A stretch of DNA of 59,968 bases from contig JAZFSZ010000093.1 of the NCBI GenBank assembly GCA_036446455.1, positions 1 through 59,968 on the forward strand, in the 5' to 3' direction. Below, piece by piece: positions 1 through 9,497 of the stretch (positions are counted from its first letter, which is position 1; every line of letters starts with the position of its first letter). The notes beneath the pieces are model-generated. The model was not told where the DNA came from. It did not search any database and was given only the letters and a program-made list of their open reading frames with translations. This DNA comes from Acidiferrobacterales bacterium. Lineage in GTDB: Bacteria; Pseudomonadota; Gammaproteobacteria; Acidiferrobacterales; JAJDNE01. The translations under genes were made by a program, and so were the position numbers.

Positions 1-266
1 CCGATGTCGTGGTAAGTCAAAACCTGACCAGCCTGACGGTGCTGCTTCTGTATAACAACAGTATTGGCGGCCAGGGGGTGGGCAATGTCAACAGCCTGAC
101 TTCGCTCACTAGCGCGACCGAGATTGGACTTTCCGGCAATATCGGCATGTCCTGCGCCGAACTCGGCACCCTGATCACGGCACTCGGTTCGCCACCGGTG
201 GACACGGACTACAATACCGGCACTACGGATACGGCCACGGATGGGGTCAACTGCACCAACCCCTGA
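1..266 (+). CDS. C-terminal fragment of a leucine-rich-repeat (LRR) protein; 5' end lies outside the window
   Basis: The frame is open from the window edge to TGA at 264-266. The translation shows LRR-like strings (NLTSLTVLLLYNNSIGG, NVNSLTSLTS) followed by a Thr/Asp-rich tail. Confidence 0.45.
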   Translation, partial: DVVVSQNLTSLTVLLLYNNSIGGQGVGNVNSLTSLTSATEIGLSGNIGMSCAELGTLITALGSPPVDTDYNTGTTDTATDGVNCTNP

Positions 267-706
267 TACCAGGGAATCACTTAAAAACATTAAAGCAAAC
301 TTTAAAGGGGTCGAATTCCTTTACAGGCAAATACAACAAACAAAAAATTAAGAAAGAGACAAGACTTTTTTGCGCCATTTGTCGAAAAAATTTACGGCGC
401 AAGATTTGATAGAGATACTCTTACTCATATTGAGAGATCATCAACTTTAAAAGTTACAAATACATCTTTCTTAAAAGAAGATGTTTATTTGCTAATTGAA
501 GGTGTCCGTGTTTAGAAATGGCAAACAAAATGCTGTACACGACGTTAATGGGGGCAGGCACCTCATCATGATGTCGCAGTACGAACCCGTGGGTACCAGA
601 AGATATTGGCGGATATAAAGGTCTAGATACCGGAATAGGGTAACATGGTACTACTCCACATACTTATAGTTAGCATACGCACGCGCATTAAGAAGGAGAA
701 GATATA

Positions 707-1291
707 GTGAATACCCTAATTGATATTCTCAGAGTTACCCACATCATAAATGCCATTCTTCTGGCGTGGCCCTTCTACGCTCTCGTAATCGTCAATCAGC
801 GTGCTCGTCTGGGTCCACCATTAGGTGACCGTACTGACACCTTTATGGAGAATATCATCAAGAATCGTACCATTCCCTGCTTCGTTTTCCAGGCCACGGC
901 TCTGATCACCGGGCTGGCTCTGGTGCTTCTACAAGGGTTTGAGCTAGATGTCTTTGTTACCAACCCGGTGCTGGCGGTAAAGTTCCTGCTGCTCCTGCTC
1001 ATTATTGGGCTTCTGACTTATGTCCACATTAGCCTGCAACCGCGCATTGACGCTCTTTTTGCCCAGGCCGGTAGCCCTGTGCCAGCCGATGTAGCGTCTC
1101 ATATTGGTTCCTTTCGCCTGCGCCGCAAACGCATCGCATCCGTCTGCATGTTCGTAGTGTTGACCGTTTCCATGTTGGGGGTGCAGGTTTGGGCTGCGTT
1201 CCCACTGTGGGTGACGGTCACGCTGGTCTTTGCCATTACTGTCTTCACCTGGCGGGGCTACAAGAGTGTCACGCCGTACGGATGGCTGTAG
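707..1291 (+). CDS. Hypothetical integral membrane protein (about 5 hydrophobic helices)
   Basis: GTG start is preceded by the strong SD AAGGAGAAG. The 194-aa ORF has repeated 20-aa hydrophobic stretches. No family recognised. Confidence 0.6.
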   Translation: MNTLIDILRVTHIINAILLAWPFYALVIVNQRARLGPPLGDRTDTFMENIIKNRTIPCFVFQATALITGLALVLLQGFELDVFVTNPVLAVKFLLLLLIIGLLTYVHISLQPRIDALFAQAGSPVPADVASHIGSFRLRRKRIASVCMFVVLTVSMLGVQVWAAFPLWVTVTLVFAITVFTWRGYKSVTPYGWL

Positions 1292-1373
1292 ATAGAAATT
1301 CCGGCTAACCATTTAATCAAATACGAGTTAAAGAGCCCACAGCCCTTTACAGTTTTCGTGCGGACGTACTTAA

Positions 1374-2663
1374 TTAATTCACTCGGCCTGCTAATACACT
1401 GACTACTGCGGAAGTTAAAATCGCCAAATCTTCATTGTTGATGACGAAGGGTGGCATCAGGTACACAAGTTTGCCGAAGGGTCGGATCCAGACGCGGGCA
1501 TTAAAAAACGCCTCGGTGATGGTTTCAATATCAACGGCCTGTTTCATTTCGACGACACCAATGGCGCCGAGCACACGCACGTCATTGACGTGGTCCATAT
1601 CGCGACAGGGTGCCAGTCCTGTTTCCAGTCCCCGTTCAATGCGTTTGATATTTTCCTGCCACTGAGAGCCAAGTAGTAATTTGATACTCGTATGTGCGGC
1701 AGTGCAGGCAAGGGGATTGGCCATAAAAGTAGGGCCATGCATAAAGACACCGGGATCACCCTGATCAATGGTGTCAGAAATCTCTTTTGTCGTCAGTGTT
1801 GCCGCGAGGGTGAGGTAACCGCCGGTGAGCGCTTTGCCGACACACATGATGTCCGGGGCGATGTCTGCGTGTTCACAGGCAAAGAGTTTTCCGGTGCGAC
1901 CGAAACCGGTGGCGATTTCATCGAGGATGAGTAATACGCCATGTTGATCACAGAGTTCACGTGCACGTTTCAAATATTCCGCTGAATAAAACCACATTCC
2001 GCCGGCACCCTGGACAATGGGTTCCATGATGACGGCGGCGATTTCTTTGGCGTGTTCTTTCAATGCGTTTGCGAGTGGCGCGATGTCTTCATCATTGCAC
2101 GTTTCGCCAAAGCGGCAGGCCGGTTGATCGACAAAAATATTTTTCGGTAAAACGTCACTGAACAGGTTGTGCATACCGGTGACGGGATCGCAGACCGACA
2201 TGGCGCCGAAGGTATCTCCATGATAAGCGCCGCGAAAGCTGATAAATCGTTGCCGATGTGGCTGCCCCTTGGCCTGCCAGTACTGAATCGCCATTTTCAT
2301 TGCCACTTCAACAGCAACCGAACCGGAGTCGGAGTAAAAAACCGATTGCAAGTCGCCTGGCGTGATGCCGATGAGCTGGCGAGTGAGCTCAATCGCAGGG
2401 GCGTGGGTCAGCCCACCAAACATAACGTGGGCCATTTTCCTCAGTTGCCGTTCCAGGGCCACGTTCATGGTCGGGTGGTTGTAGCCGTGAATGACACACC
2501 ACCAGGACGACATACCATCAATTAATTCGCGACCATCCTTTAACTTGAGGCGCACCCCGCTTGCAGAGGCGACTTCATAGACCGGTAGATTGGAATTCAT
2601 GGCACTGTAGGCATGCCAGATATGGTTCTGGTCGATATTATTTGTGAATTGAGAATCGTCCAT
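1374..2663 (-). CDS. bioA: Adenosylmethionine-8-amino-7-oxononanoate aminotransferase (biotin synthesis)
   Basis: 429 aa. BioA-typical N-terminus (IWHAYS..., SSWWCVIHGYNHP) and a class III PLP aminotransferase core (DEIATGFGRTGKLFACEH). Confidence 0.9.
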   Translation of the reverse strand: MDDSQFTNNIDQNHIWHAYSAMNSNLPVYEVASASGVRLKLKDGRELIDGMSSWWCVIHGYNHPTMNVALERQLRKMAHVMFGGLTHAPAIELTRQLIGITPGDLQSVFYSDSGSVAVEVAMKMAIQYWQAKGQPHRQRFISFRGAYHGDTFGAMSVCDPVTGMHNLFSDVLPKNIFVDQPACRFGETCNDEDIAPLANALKEHAKEIAAVIMEPIVQGAGGMWFYSAEYLKRARELCDQHGVLLILDEIATGFGRTGKLFACEHADIAPDIMCVGKALTGGYLTLAATLTTKEISDTIDQGDPGVFMHGPTFMANPLACTAAHTSIKLLLGSQWQENIKRIERGLETGLAPCRDMDHVNDVRVLGAIGVVEMKQAVDIETITEAFFNARVWIRPFGKLVYLMPPFVINNEDLAILTSAVVSVLAGRVN

Positions 2664-2723
2664 TGTCTTTGATTTCCGGAAACCCGATTTCTAATCCGGC
2701 CGGGGAAAGTTTACCGGCGTAGA

Positions 2724-4115
2724 TTAAAGAATATCGCTGGCAAAGTCTGCCAGACGTGAACGCTCACCACGATGTAAAGTAACGTGACCGCTGTGCTGCC
2801 AGGTTTTGAAACGATCGACGACATAGGTGAGTCCGGATGTTGTCTCGGTTAAATAGGGCGTGTCAATTTGCGTCAGATTGCCCAGGCATATGACCTTACT
2901 GCCGGGTCCGGCGCGGGTAATCAGTGTTTTAAGTTGATGCGGTGTCAGGTTCTGCGCTTCATCAATAATAAGGAATTTTCGCAGGAAGGTGCGACCACGC
3001 ATAAAGTTTAGCGATTTAACTCGAATTTTGCTGTAAAGAAAATCCCTGGTAGCGGCCTTTCCCCATTCACCGTGTTCTACGCTGGTTTCATGTAGTACTT
3101 CGAGGTTGTCATCCAGAGCCCCCATCCAGGGATTCATTTTCTCTTCTTCGGTTCCGGGCAGGAAACCGATGTCTTCACCCACGGGCACGGTAATGCGCGT
3201 AAAAATGATTTCACTGTAACGCTGATCATCTAATGTTTGTGTGAGTGCCGCTGCGAGCGTTAGCAGGGTCTTGCCGGTTCCTGCTTGACCCAAAATGGTG
3301 ACAAAATCGATTTCGGGCTCCATCAACAGGTTCAGGGCATAACTTTGCTCGCGGTTGCGCGCCTGAATGCCCCATACGGCCGCGGCCTCGCCGGTGTAAT
3401 CACGAATCGCCTCCAGCACCAGCGAACCATTGTCATACTCGCGCACGATGGCATCGAAGGAGGTATCACCGTCGATATGGATAAACTGGTTGTAATACCA
3501 GCCGTTGGCAGGCACATTTCTGAGCTTGTAACAGGCACGGCCTCTGTCGTTGGTCCACGATTCAAGGTTACTGCTGTCGCCCCAGAAACTGTCATCAAAC
3601 TCGGACAAGCCGGTGTACAGCAGTTGCGTATCGTCCAGTACATGATCGCTGGTGTAGTCTTCGGCATGGATGCCAAGCGCACGCGCCTTGATACGTAAGT
3701 TTATATCCTTGGATACCAGCGCCACATCGCAATCCAGATGCTCCCGACCGAGATCGATTGTGATACCCAGTAATGTGTTATCGGTCGTGTCCAGCGGCAG
3801 ACCGTGGGGCATCGGATGTTTGACGGGGTCGAGATAAAAATAGAGGTGGCCAGCGACCTGTTTCTCGCTGGCAGGTAGCGCAACGCCATTGGCGATATCG
3901 CCCTCGGCCTTTTCGATCAGGTCATCCAGATAGCGGCTGACCTGGCGCACGTTGCGCGCCACTTCGGACATCCCTTTCTTGCCACGATCGAGCTCTTCGA
4001 GCACCACCATGGGAAGGTAAATGTCGTGTTCCTGGAAACGGAAAATTGCTACAGGATCGTGCATCAACACGTTAGTGTCGAGCACAAATATTTTCTTGCG
4101 GCCGGGAGATTTCAA
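2724..4115 (-). CDS. PhoH-family ATPase with N-terminal PIN domain (PhoH2/YlaK type)
   Basis: 463 aa. PIN-like N-terminus (FVLDTNVLMHDP...VVLEELD) and Walker A GQAGTGKT in the C-terminal PhoH module. Confidence 0.85.
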   Translation of the reverse strand: MKSPGRKKIFVLDTNVLMHDPVAIFRFQEHDIYLPMVVLEELDRGKKGMSEVARNVRQVSRYLDDLIEKAEGDIANGVALPASEKQVAGHLYFYLDPVKHPMPHGLPLDTTDNTLLGITIDLGREHLDCDVALVSKDINLRIKARALGIHAEDYTSDHVLDDTQLLYTGLSEFDDSFWGDSSNLESWTNDRGRACYKLRNVPANGWYYNQFIHIDGDTSFDAIVREYDNGSLVLEAIRDYTGEAAAVWGIQARNREQSYALNLLMEPEIDFVTILGQAGTGKTLLTLAAALTQTLDDQRYSEIIFTRITVPVGEDIGFLPGTEEEKMNPWMGALDDNLEVLHETSVEHGEWGKAATRDFLYSKIRVKSLNFMRGRTFLRKFLIIDEAQNLTPHQLKTLITRAGPGSKVICLGNLTQIDTPYLTETTSGLTYVVDRFKTWQHSGHVTLHRGERSRLADFASDIL

Positions 4116-4134
4116 TAAGTCAGACAGATCCGGT

Positions 4135-4620
4135 TCAGAGTTCCCTAACGATATCGATCATGGCGTCGAGTACTTCATCAACGTGTCCAGCGACCTTCAC
4201 TTTGCGGAATTCTCGTCGTAAAACACCATTCGTATCTATTATAAAAGTACTTCGCTCAATGCCAAGCACTTTTTTTCCATACATATTCTTCTCCTTTATA
4301 ACATCAAATACTTTGCACAATTTCTCGTCTTCATCACTGATAAGGTCGAAAGGGAACTTGAATTTAGATTTGAAATTCTCGTGGGATTTCAGCGAGTCGC
4401 GGGAAACACCCAGTATGACTGTATTCTGCTTTTTGAATTTGGTGTTACTGGCCTTGAAATCCAGCCCCTCAGTGGTACAGCCTGACGTGCTATCTTTCGG
4501 GTAAAAATAAATAACCACATTTTGGCCACCCAATTCCGAGAGCTTGAATTGTTTGTCGCCGGTAGTGGTCACGTAAAGGTCAGGGATGACCTTGCCTAAT
4601 ATTACTCTTCTTGCCGCCAC
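4135..4620 (-). CDS. bcp: Thioredoxin-dependent peroxiredoxin Bcp
   Basis: 161 aa. Peroxidatic Cys motif FYPKDSTSGCTTE and the typical Bcp length. Confidence 0.9.
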   Translation of the reverse strand: MAARRVILGKVIPDLYVTTTGDKQFKLSELGGQNVVIYFYPKDSTSGCTTEGLDFKASNTKFKKQNTVILGVSRDSLKSHENFKSKFKFPFDLISDEDEKLCKVFDVIKEKNMYGKKVLGIERSTFIIDTNGVLRREFRKVKVAGHVDEVLDAMIDIVREL

Positions 4621-4721
4621 GATAGTCCTCTTGATAAATCAGATCCTGAAACGAGTTGTAGAGTAGCATTAATCGCAAAAGTGGTAGCTGCCAGATCATA
4701 CAAATTAGACAAGGGATATTG

Positions 4722-6551
4722 CTAGTCAATTTCCCGCTCAATGGTGCAGCAGTGGTGGGCCGGATTTTCCGGCGTTAGTTCGGCTGCGGCAGACAGAACT
4801 TCACCGGTTACCGGGTTGGGGCGAAAGGTGGTGCAACCTTTGAGGCCCATGGAAAAAGCATTCTCATACAGTGACTGGAATCTATTGAACGGATAATCGG
4901 CCGGGATGTTGATGGTCTTGGAAATCGCACTGTCAACATAGGGCTGTATAGCGGCCTGCATTTGCAGGTGGGCCTGGGGGGAGACATCCCAGGCGCGGAC
5001 GAAGGTTTCCGGAAAAGGTTCGGTGTTTTTGCGTTGTCGCCATTGCTGACAGGCATAGTCGACCAAGTGATAACTTGTCTCCTCACCATCCGCCTGTCTA
5101 ATCTTGCGCGAATAAGAAAAGTCATACAATGGTTCAATGCCGCTGGAGACGTTATTGGCCAGCAAGCTAATGGTGCCGGCGGGAGCGATCGCGATAAGGT
5201 GGCTGTTGCGGATTCCCTGTTTTTTGATGGTGGCCCGAATATCATCGGGCAGGGACCGAATAAATTCACCGGCAAGATAGGCGTCAGAATCGAAAACGGA
5301 AAAGTTGCCCCGTTCAATGGCAAGATCAGTGGAGGCGCGATAGGCATGTTGGCAAATCATGCGCATGATGTTTGCTGCCTGCCTGCGGCCGTCGTCTGCG
5401 TCGTAACGCAGTCCCAGCATGATGAGAGCATCAGCGAGTCCTGTCACACCAAGCCCGATGCGACGGGAGTCCTGTGCTTGTTGCTGTTGTTGTGCCAGGG
5501 GGAATCGCGAAGTCGATATAATATTGTCCATTAGTCTGACCGCGAGAGTGACGGTTGCGGCAATGGCGATCGCGTCCACGCTTGCATTGTGAGTAAATGG
5601 TTTGTTGATAAACTGTGTCAAATTGATGGAACCAAGATTGCAGGCACCATAAGGCGGCAGGGGTACCTCGCCGCAGGGATTGGTTGCCGATATTTGCTCG
5701 CGGTAGTAGAGATTATTGGCGCGATTGATGTGATCGACAAACAGCACGCCAGGCTCTGCGTAGTCGTAAGTGGCGCGCATTAGCTTGTTCCAGAGTTGGC
5801 GTGCCGGAATCTGCCGCAATACACGGCAATCCACCACATCGTCATAACCGGGCCAATGTCGAGTTACCTGACCGTCGCCAATGGGCGCCACGTCGGCTGG
5901 AAAGACCAGTGGCCAGTCTGCATTGCCCTTTACGGCTTGCATGAATGCATCGGTGATTAGAACAGAGAGATTGAAATTACGTAGCGCCGAACTGTCCCGC
6001 TTGGCGTCAATGAATTCCTCAATGTCGGGGTGGTCGCAGCGCAGTGTTGCCATCATGGCGCCACGGCGCGCGCCGGTAGAAAGCAGGGTGGCGCACATCG
6101 AATCCCATATCTGCATAAACGATACTGGGCCTGAGGCGACAGAACCCATTCGACGTGCGGGTGTGCCTCGAGGGCGCAAGGTGGAGAAGTCATAACCCAC
6201 CCCGCCTCCCTGCTGCATCGTAATCGCGCCTTCCTTGAGTGCAGTAAAGATGCCGTCCATGGAATCATCAATGCGCCCCATGACAAAGCAGTTGAACAGT
6301 GTGACCTCACGGTCCGTGCCTGCACCAGCCTGAATGCGCCCGGCGGGCAGGAATCGGAATTCCTTGAGGATGCTGTAAAAGGCCTGTTCCCAGAATTCGT
6401 TATTTACTGATTCTACGGATGCCAGCGAATGAGCAATACGTTGCCAGGTATCGTCGATGGTCTGGTCGTGAATGACATCGGCGCCGCGATAGCGATATTT
6501 GGTCTCCCAAATGACCCGAGAGACATCAGTTTGGAAACTGGAATCTTCCAC
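4722..6551 (-). CDS. nrdJ: Class II (adenosylcobalamin-dependent) ribonucleotide reductase
   Basis: 609 aa with a GTG start. Catalytic-site string TNPCGEVPLPPYGACNLGSINL and the conserved NrdJ N-terminal region (ETKYRY...). Confidence 0.9.
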   Translation of the reverse strand: MEDSSFQTDVSRVIWETKYRYRGADVIHDQTIDDTWQRIAHSLASVESVNNEFWEQAFYSILKEFRFLPAGRIQAGAGTDREVTLFNCFVMGRIDDSMDGIFTALKEGAITMQQGGGVGYDFSTLRPRGTPARRMGSVASGPVSFMQIWDSMCATLLSTGARRGAMMATLRCDHPDIEEFIDAKRDSSALRNFNLSVLITDAFMQAVKGNADWPLVFPADVAPIGDGQVTRHWPGYDDVVDCRVLRQIPARQLWNKLMRATYDYAEPGVLFVDHINRANNLYYREQISATNPCGEVPLPPYGACNLGSINLTQFINKPFTHNASVDAIAIAATVTLAVRLMDNIISTSRFPLAQQQQQAQDSRRIGLGVTGLADALIMLGLRYDADDGRRQAANIMRMICQHAYRASTDLAIERGNFSVFDSDAYLAGEFIRSLPDDIRATIKKQGIRNSHLIAIAPAGTISLLANNVSSGIEPLYDFSYSRKIRQADGEETSYHLVDYACQQWRQRKNTEPFPETFVRAWDVSPQAHLQMQAAIQPYVDSAISKTINIPADYPFNRFQSLYENAFSMGLKGCTTFRPNPVTGEVLSAAAELTPENPAHHCCTIEREID

Positions 6552-6635
6552 GCTGTTTTCCCGTCAACCCTGCCCTTAACTATATCTTACTGCACCACCA
6601 TGTTGTGTTGCAGACGCATGCCTGCGCCCTACCCA

Positions 6636-7760
6636 TCACGTTGTGCATTGCGTCTTTGCAGATTCGACGGCAAAGTTTTGCAACCGCACCGCCTGGCGTC
6701 GGGCGCCCCAGTTACCGGGTTTTTCCTCGAACACCCCCGCGACCGGCGTCTGGCAGAACATGCAGTTACCCTCCTTGGTGATGTTCCAGTCGCTTAAGAC
6801 ATACCAGTCCCGGCCAATGAGTTTCTCGCCGCAGTGGTAGCACCAGGTGCTGTCCGCATCCGGATTGTGAACGTTGCCGACATAGGCGTAGCGCACACCG
6901 TTTTTAATGGCAATGTCACGTGCTCGCGTAAGTGTTGACGGGGGTGTATGCGGCACGTCCATCATCTTCCAGTCCGGGTGGAAGGCGGAGAAATGTATAG
7001 GTACTTCGGAACCAAGATTTTCTACCACCCACCGGGTCATGGCATCGAGTTCATCGTCGGAGTCATTGCGACCGGGGATAAGCAACGTGGTGATTTCCAG
7101 CCACACATCGGTTTCGTGCTGAATATATTTAAGTGTATCCAGCACCGGCTGGAGATGGGCGCCGGTGAGCTTGAAATAAAACTCTTCTGTAAATCCTTTG
7201 AGATCAATATTGGCGGCATCCATTTGCGCGTAGAATTCTGCCCGCGGTTTGGGGTCGATGTAACCGGCAGAAACAGCCACCGATTTCACGCCAATGGCAC
7301 GGCAGGCCGCGGCCACGTCAATGGCGTATTCATGAAAAACGACGGGATCATTGTAGGTGTAGGCGACACTGCGGGCGCCGAGCGCCTTTGCTGCACGGGC
7401 GATGGTTTCCGGTGCAGCCTCATCGGCCAGCGTGTCCATTTCACGTGATTTACTGATGTCCCAGTTCTGGCAGAACTTGCAAGCAAGGTTGCAACCGGCG
7501 GTGCCAAAGGACAGTACTGGTGTGCCGGGCAGAAAATGATTGAGTGGTTTTTTCTCGATGGGGTCGATGCAATAACCACTGGAGCGCCCGTAGGTCGTCA
7601 GCACCACGGCGCCACCGCGGTTCTCGCGTACGTAGCAGAGCCCCTGTTGACTCTCGCGCATCTTGCAATGGCGTGGGCACAGGTCACACTGCACACGACC
7701 GTCATCCAGCGCATGCCAGTATTTTGTCGGGACAACAGTTTTCAGATCGGTCTCGGCCAT
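6636..7760 (-). CDS. amrS: AmmeMemoRadiSam system radical SAM enzyme
   Basis: Radical SAM motif CNLACKFCQN plus an upstream CDLCPRHC cysteine cluster. Homologues start near MAETDLKTVVPTKYW, so I take the ATG at 7760. The track ORF extends to a TTG at 7826. Confidence 0.85.
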   Translation of the reverse strand: MAETDLKTVVPTKYWHALDDGRVQCDLCPRHCKMRESQQGLCYVRENRGGAVVLTTYGRSSGYCIDPIEKKPLNHFLPGTPVLSFGTAGCNLACKFCQNWDISKSREMDTLADEAAPETIARAAKALGARSVAYTYNDPVVFHEYAIDVAAACRAIGVKSVAVSAGYIDPKPRAEFYAQMDAANIDLKGFTEEFYFKLTGAHLQPVLDTLKYIQHETDVWLEITTLLIPGRNDSDDELDAMTRWVVENLGSEVPIHFSAFHPDWKMMDVPHTPPSTLTRARDIAIKNGVRYAYVGNVHNPDADSTWCYHCGEKLIGRDWYVLSDWNITKEGNCMFCQTPVAGVFEEKPGNWGARRQAVRLQNFAVESAKTQCTT

Positions 7761-7927
7761 GGTGCCGGGCACATTACGTGCGGTATTGTCTAAGTTGTAA
7801 GTGTGGCCGAAGGGCCGACAATACAATAATCAGAATATTTTATAAGGGCGCCTTTACGGCTTGAAATCGGCATTCCGGCGCAGCATTTATTATAGTAGCG
7901 GCAATCAAAATGCCGAGGATTGGTATT

Positions 7928-8722
7928 ATGTCCCGAGTCAGAGCGCCGGCCGTTGCCGGCATGTTTTATCCCGCCGATGTGGCGGAATTGAGGCAAATGG
8001 TTGAAAAACTGCTGGTCGAGGCGCCAGCACCTGCAAAGGCTGATGACATACCCAAGGCCCTGATTGTGCCCCACGCGGGTTACATCTATTCCGGTCCTAT
8101 TGCCGCCAGTGCCTATGTCCGATTGTCCCCGATTCGCTCGGTAATTCGACGCGTTGTGTTACTTGGCCCAGCCCATCGAGTCCCGGTCCATGGTCTGGCG
8201 CTGCCCGCAGTCGATGAATTTTCCACACCTATTGGCAAGGTTGCACTTGACCATAATGCCATTGAAACTGTGCGTGATCTGTCGCAAGTAAGTGTATTCG
8301 ACGACGCTCACACCGGGGAGCACAGTCTCGAGGTACATCTGCCATTTTTACAACTGGTGCTGGAATCGTTTCAGCTGGTACCGCTGGTGGTAGGTGAAAC
8401 CAGCGCTGAAGAGGTGGCCGAAGTGCTGGAAACACTTTGGGGCGGCGATGAAACGCTGATCGTCATCAGTTCCGACCTCAGCCATTATCACGACTATCAA
8501 ACGGCACAAGAGATGGATCGCGCCACTTCTGATGCCATAGAGAGACTGGCGTTCGAGGATATACAACGTGAGCAGGCCTGTGGTCGCGCGCCGGTGAGTG
8601 GATTGTTGCTGGTCGCGCGACGCAAGGGACTGCAAAGCGAGACTATCGATTTGCGCAACTCGGGAGATACTGCGGGATCGCGGAACCAGGTGGTAGGCTA
8701 CGGGGCCTATGTCATCCACTAG
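7928..8722 (+). CDS. amrB: AmmeMemoRadiSam system protein B (Memo-like)
   Basis: Memo-family N-terminus RAPAVAGMFYP, and HAGYIYSG and HSLEVHLPFL His motifs. The ATG at 7928 has the SD GAGGA 7 nt upstream. An alternative ATG lies at 7910. Confidence 0.85.
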   Translation: MSRVRAPAVAGMFYPADVAELRQMVEKLLVEAPAPAKADDIPKALIVPHAGYIYSGPIAASAYVRLSPIRSVIRRVVLLGPAHRVPVHGLALPAVDEFSTPIGKVALDHNAIETVRDLSQVSVFDDAHTGEHSLEVHLPFLQLVLESFQLVPLVVGETSAEEVAEVLETLWGGDETLIVISSDLSHYHDYQTAQEMDRATSDAIERLAFEDIQREQACGRAPVSGLLLVARRKGLQSETIDLRNSGDTAGSRNQVVGYGAYVIH

Positions 8723-9284
8723 CGTAAATAAATTTGCCGCAGCCGAGCAGGAAACCTTGCTGAGTCTGGCATTGACAGCCGTTGAGCAAGGCCTCGCCGG
8801 AAAAACACACCAGCCCAGTTTAGATGAGTATAGCGGTGTGCTGGCTGAACAGGGCGCCAGCTTTGTAACGTTGAACTGTGATGGGCGGTTGCGAGGGTGT
8901 GTCGGCACACTGGAGGCGCATCAACCGCTGGTTGTCGATGTTGCCAACAATGCCAACTCTGCTGCCTTCCATGATCGGCGATTCTCGCCATTGACCGCCA
9001 GTGAGTTATCCCGGATCGAGATTCATATCTCGGTGCTGACCCCAGCTTTACCCGTCACATTCAAGTCAGAACAGAACCTGATCGAGCAATTGCAACCTGA
9101 TATTGATGGAGTGATTCTTTCGCTGGGGCGCCAGCGTGGCACCTTTCTGCCCTCGGTCTGGAAAACCTTGCCCGACCCGGGCGAATTTTTGCGACATTTA
9201 AAACAAAAGGCCGGATTGCCAGCCGATTTCTGGTCTGACGAAATTCAAATCCAGCGTTACCGTACTATTTCAATATCTCACTGA
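8709..9284 (+). CDS. amrA: AmmeMemoRadiSam system protein A (AMMECR1 domain)
   Basis: 191 aa. AMMECR1-type string GASFVTL...GRLRGCVGTLEA...DPRF-like (HDRRFSPL). Overlaps the amrB stop by 14 nt. Confidence 0.85.
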   Translation: MSSTSVNKFAAAEQETLLSLALTAVEQGLAGKTHQPSLDEYSGVLAEQGASFVTLNCDGRLRGCVGTLEAHQPLVVDVANNANSAAFHDRRFSPLTASELSRIEIHISVLTPALPVTFKSEQNLIEQLQPDIDGVILSLGRQRGTFLPSVWKTLPDPGEFLRHLKQKAGLPADFWSDEIQIQRYRTISISH

Positions 9285-9497
9285 TGTTGCACTTTTGACA
9301 CCGGGGATAGTGGCCCAGTTCCTGGCCGCGGTCCTGGATGGCAGGTACCGGGATATTGCTGTTGCATGAACCACGTTAAATTAACAAGCAAAGAATCTTC
9401 TAACATGCGCTTTCCTGCTCGCTTAGTGCGCAGCGATGCAACAGTTTGATTCATGTAACTTTGGTAGCCGTTCCCGTTAATGGAGTAAGTATTCACC

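Noticed and set aside
4808-5347. 179-aa same-strand alternative-frame ORF inside nrdJ
   Set aside because: It is a Pro/Ser/Arg-rich shadow frame, and the nrdJ frame carries the catalytic motifs.
6552-6635. Possible cobalamin riboswitch or NrdR boxes upstream of nrdJ
   Set aside because: Only 84 nt separate the nrdJ start from the amrS stop, which is too short for a B12 riboswitch. The best NrdR-like segment (ACACAACATGGTGGTG on the minus strand) matches the consensus palindrome at only about 10/16 positions, and I see no convincing second box.
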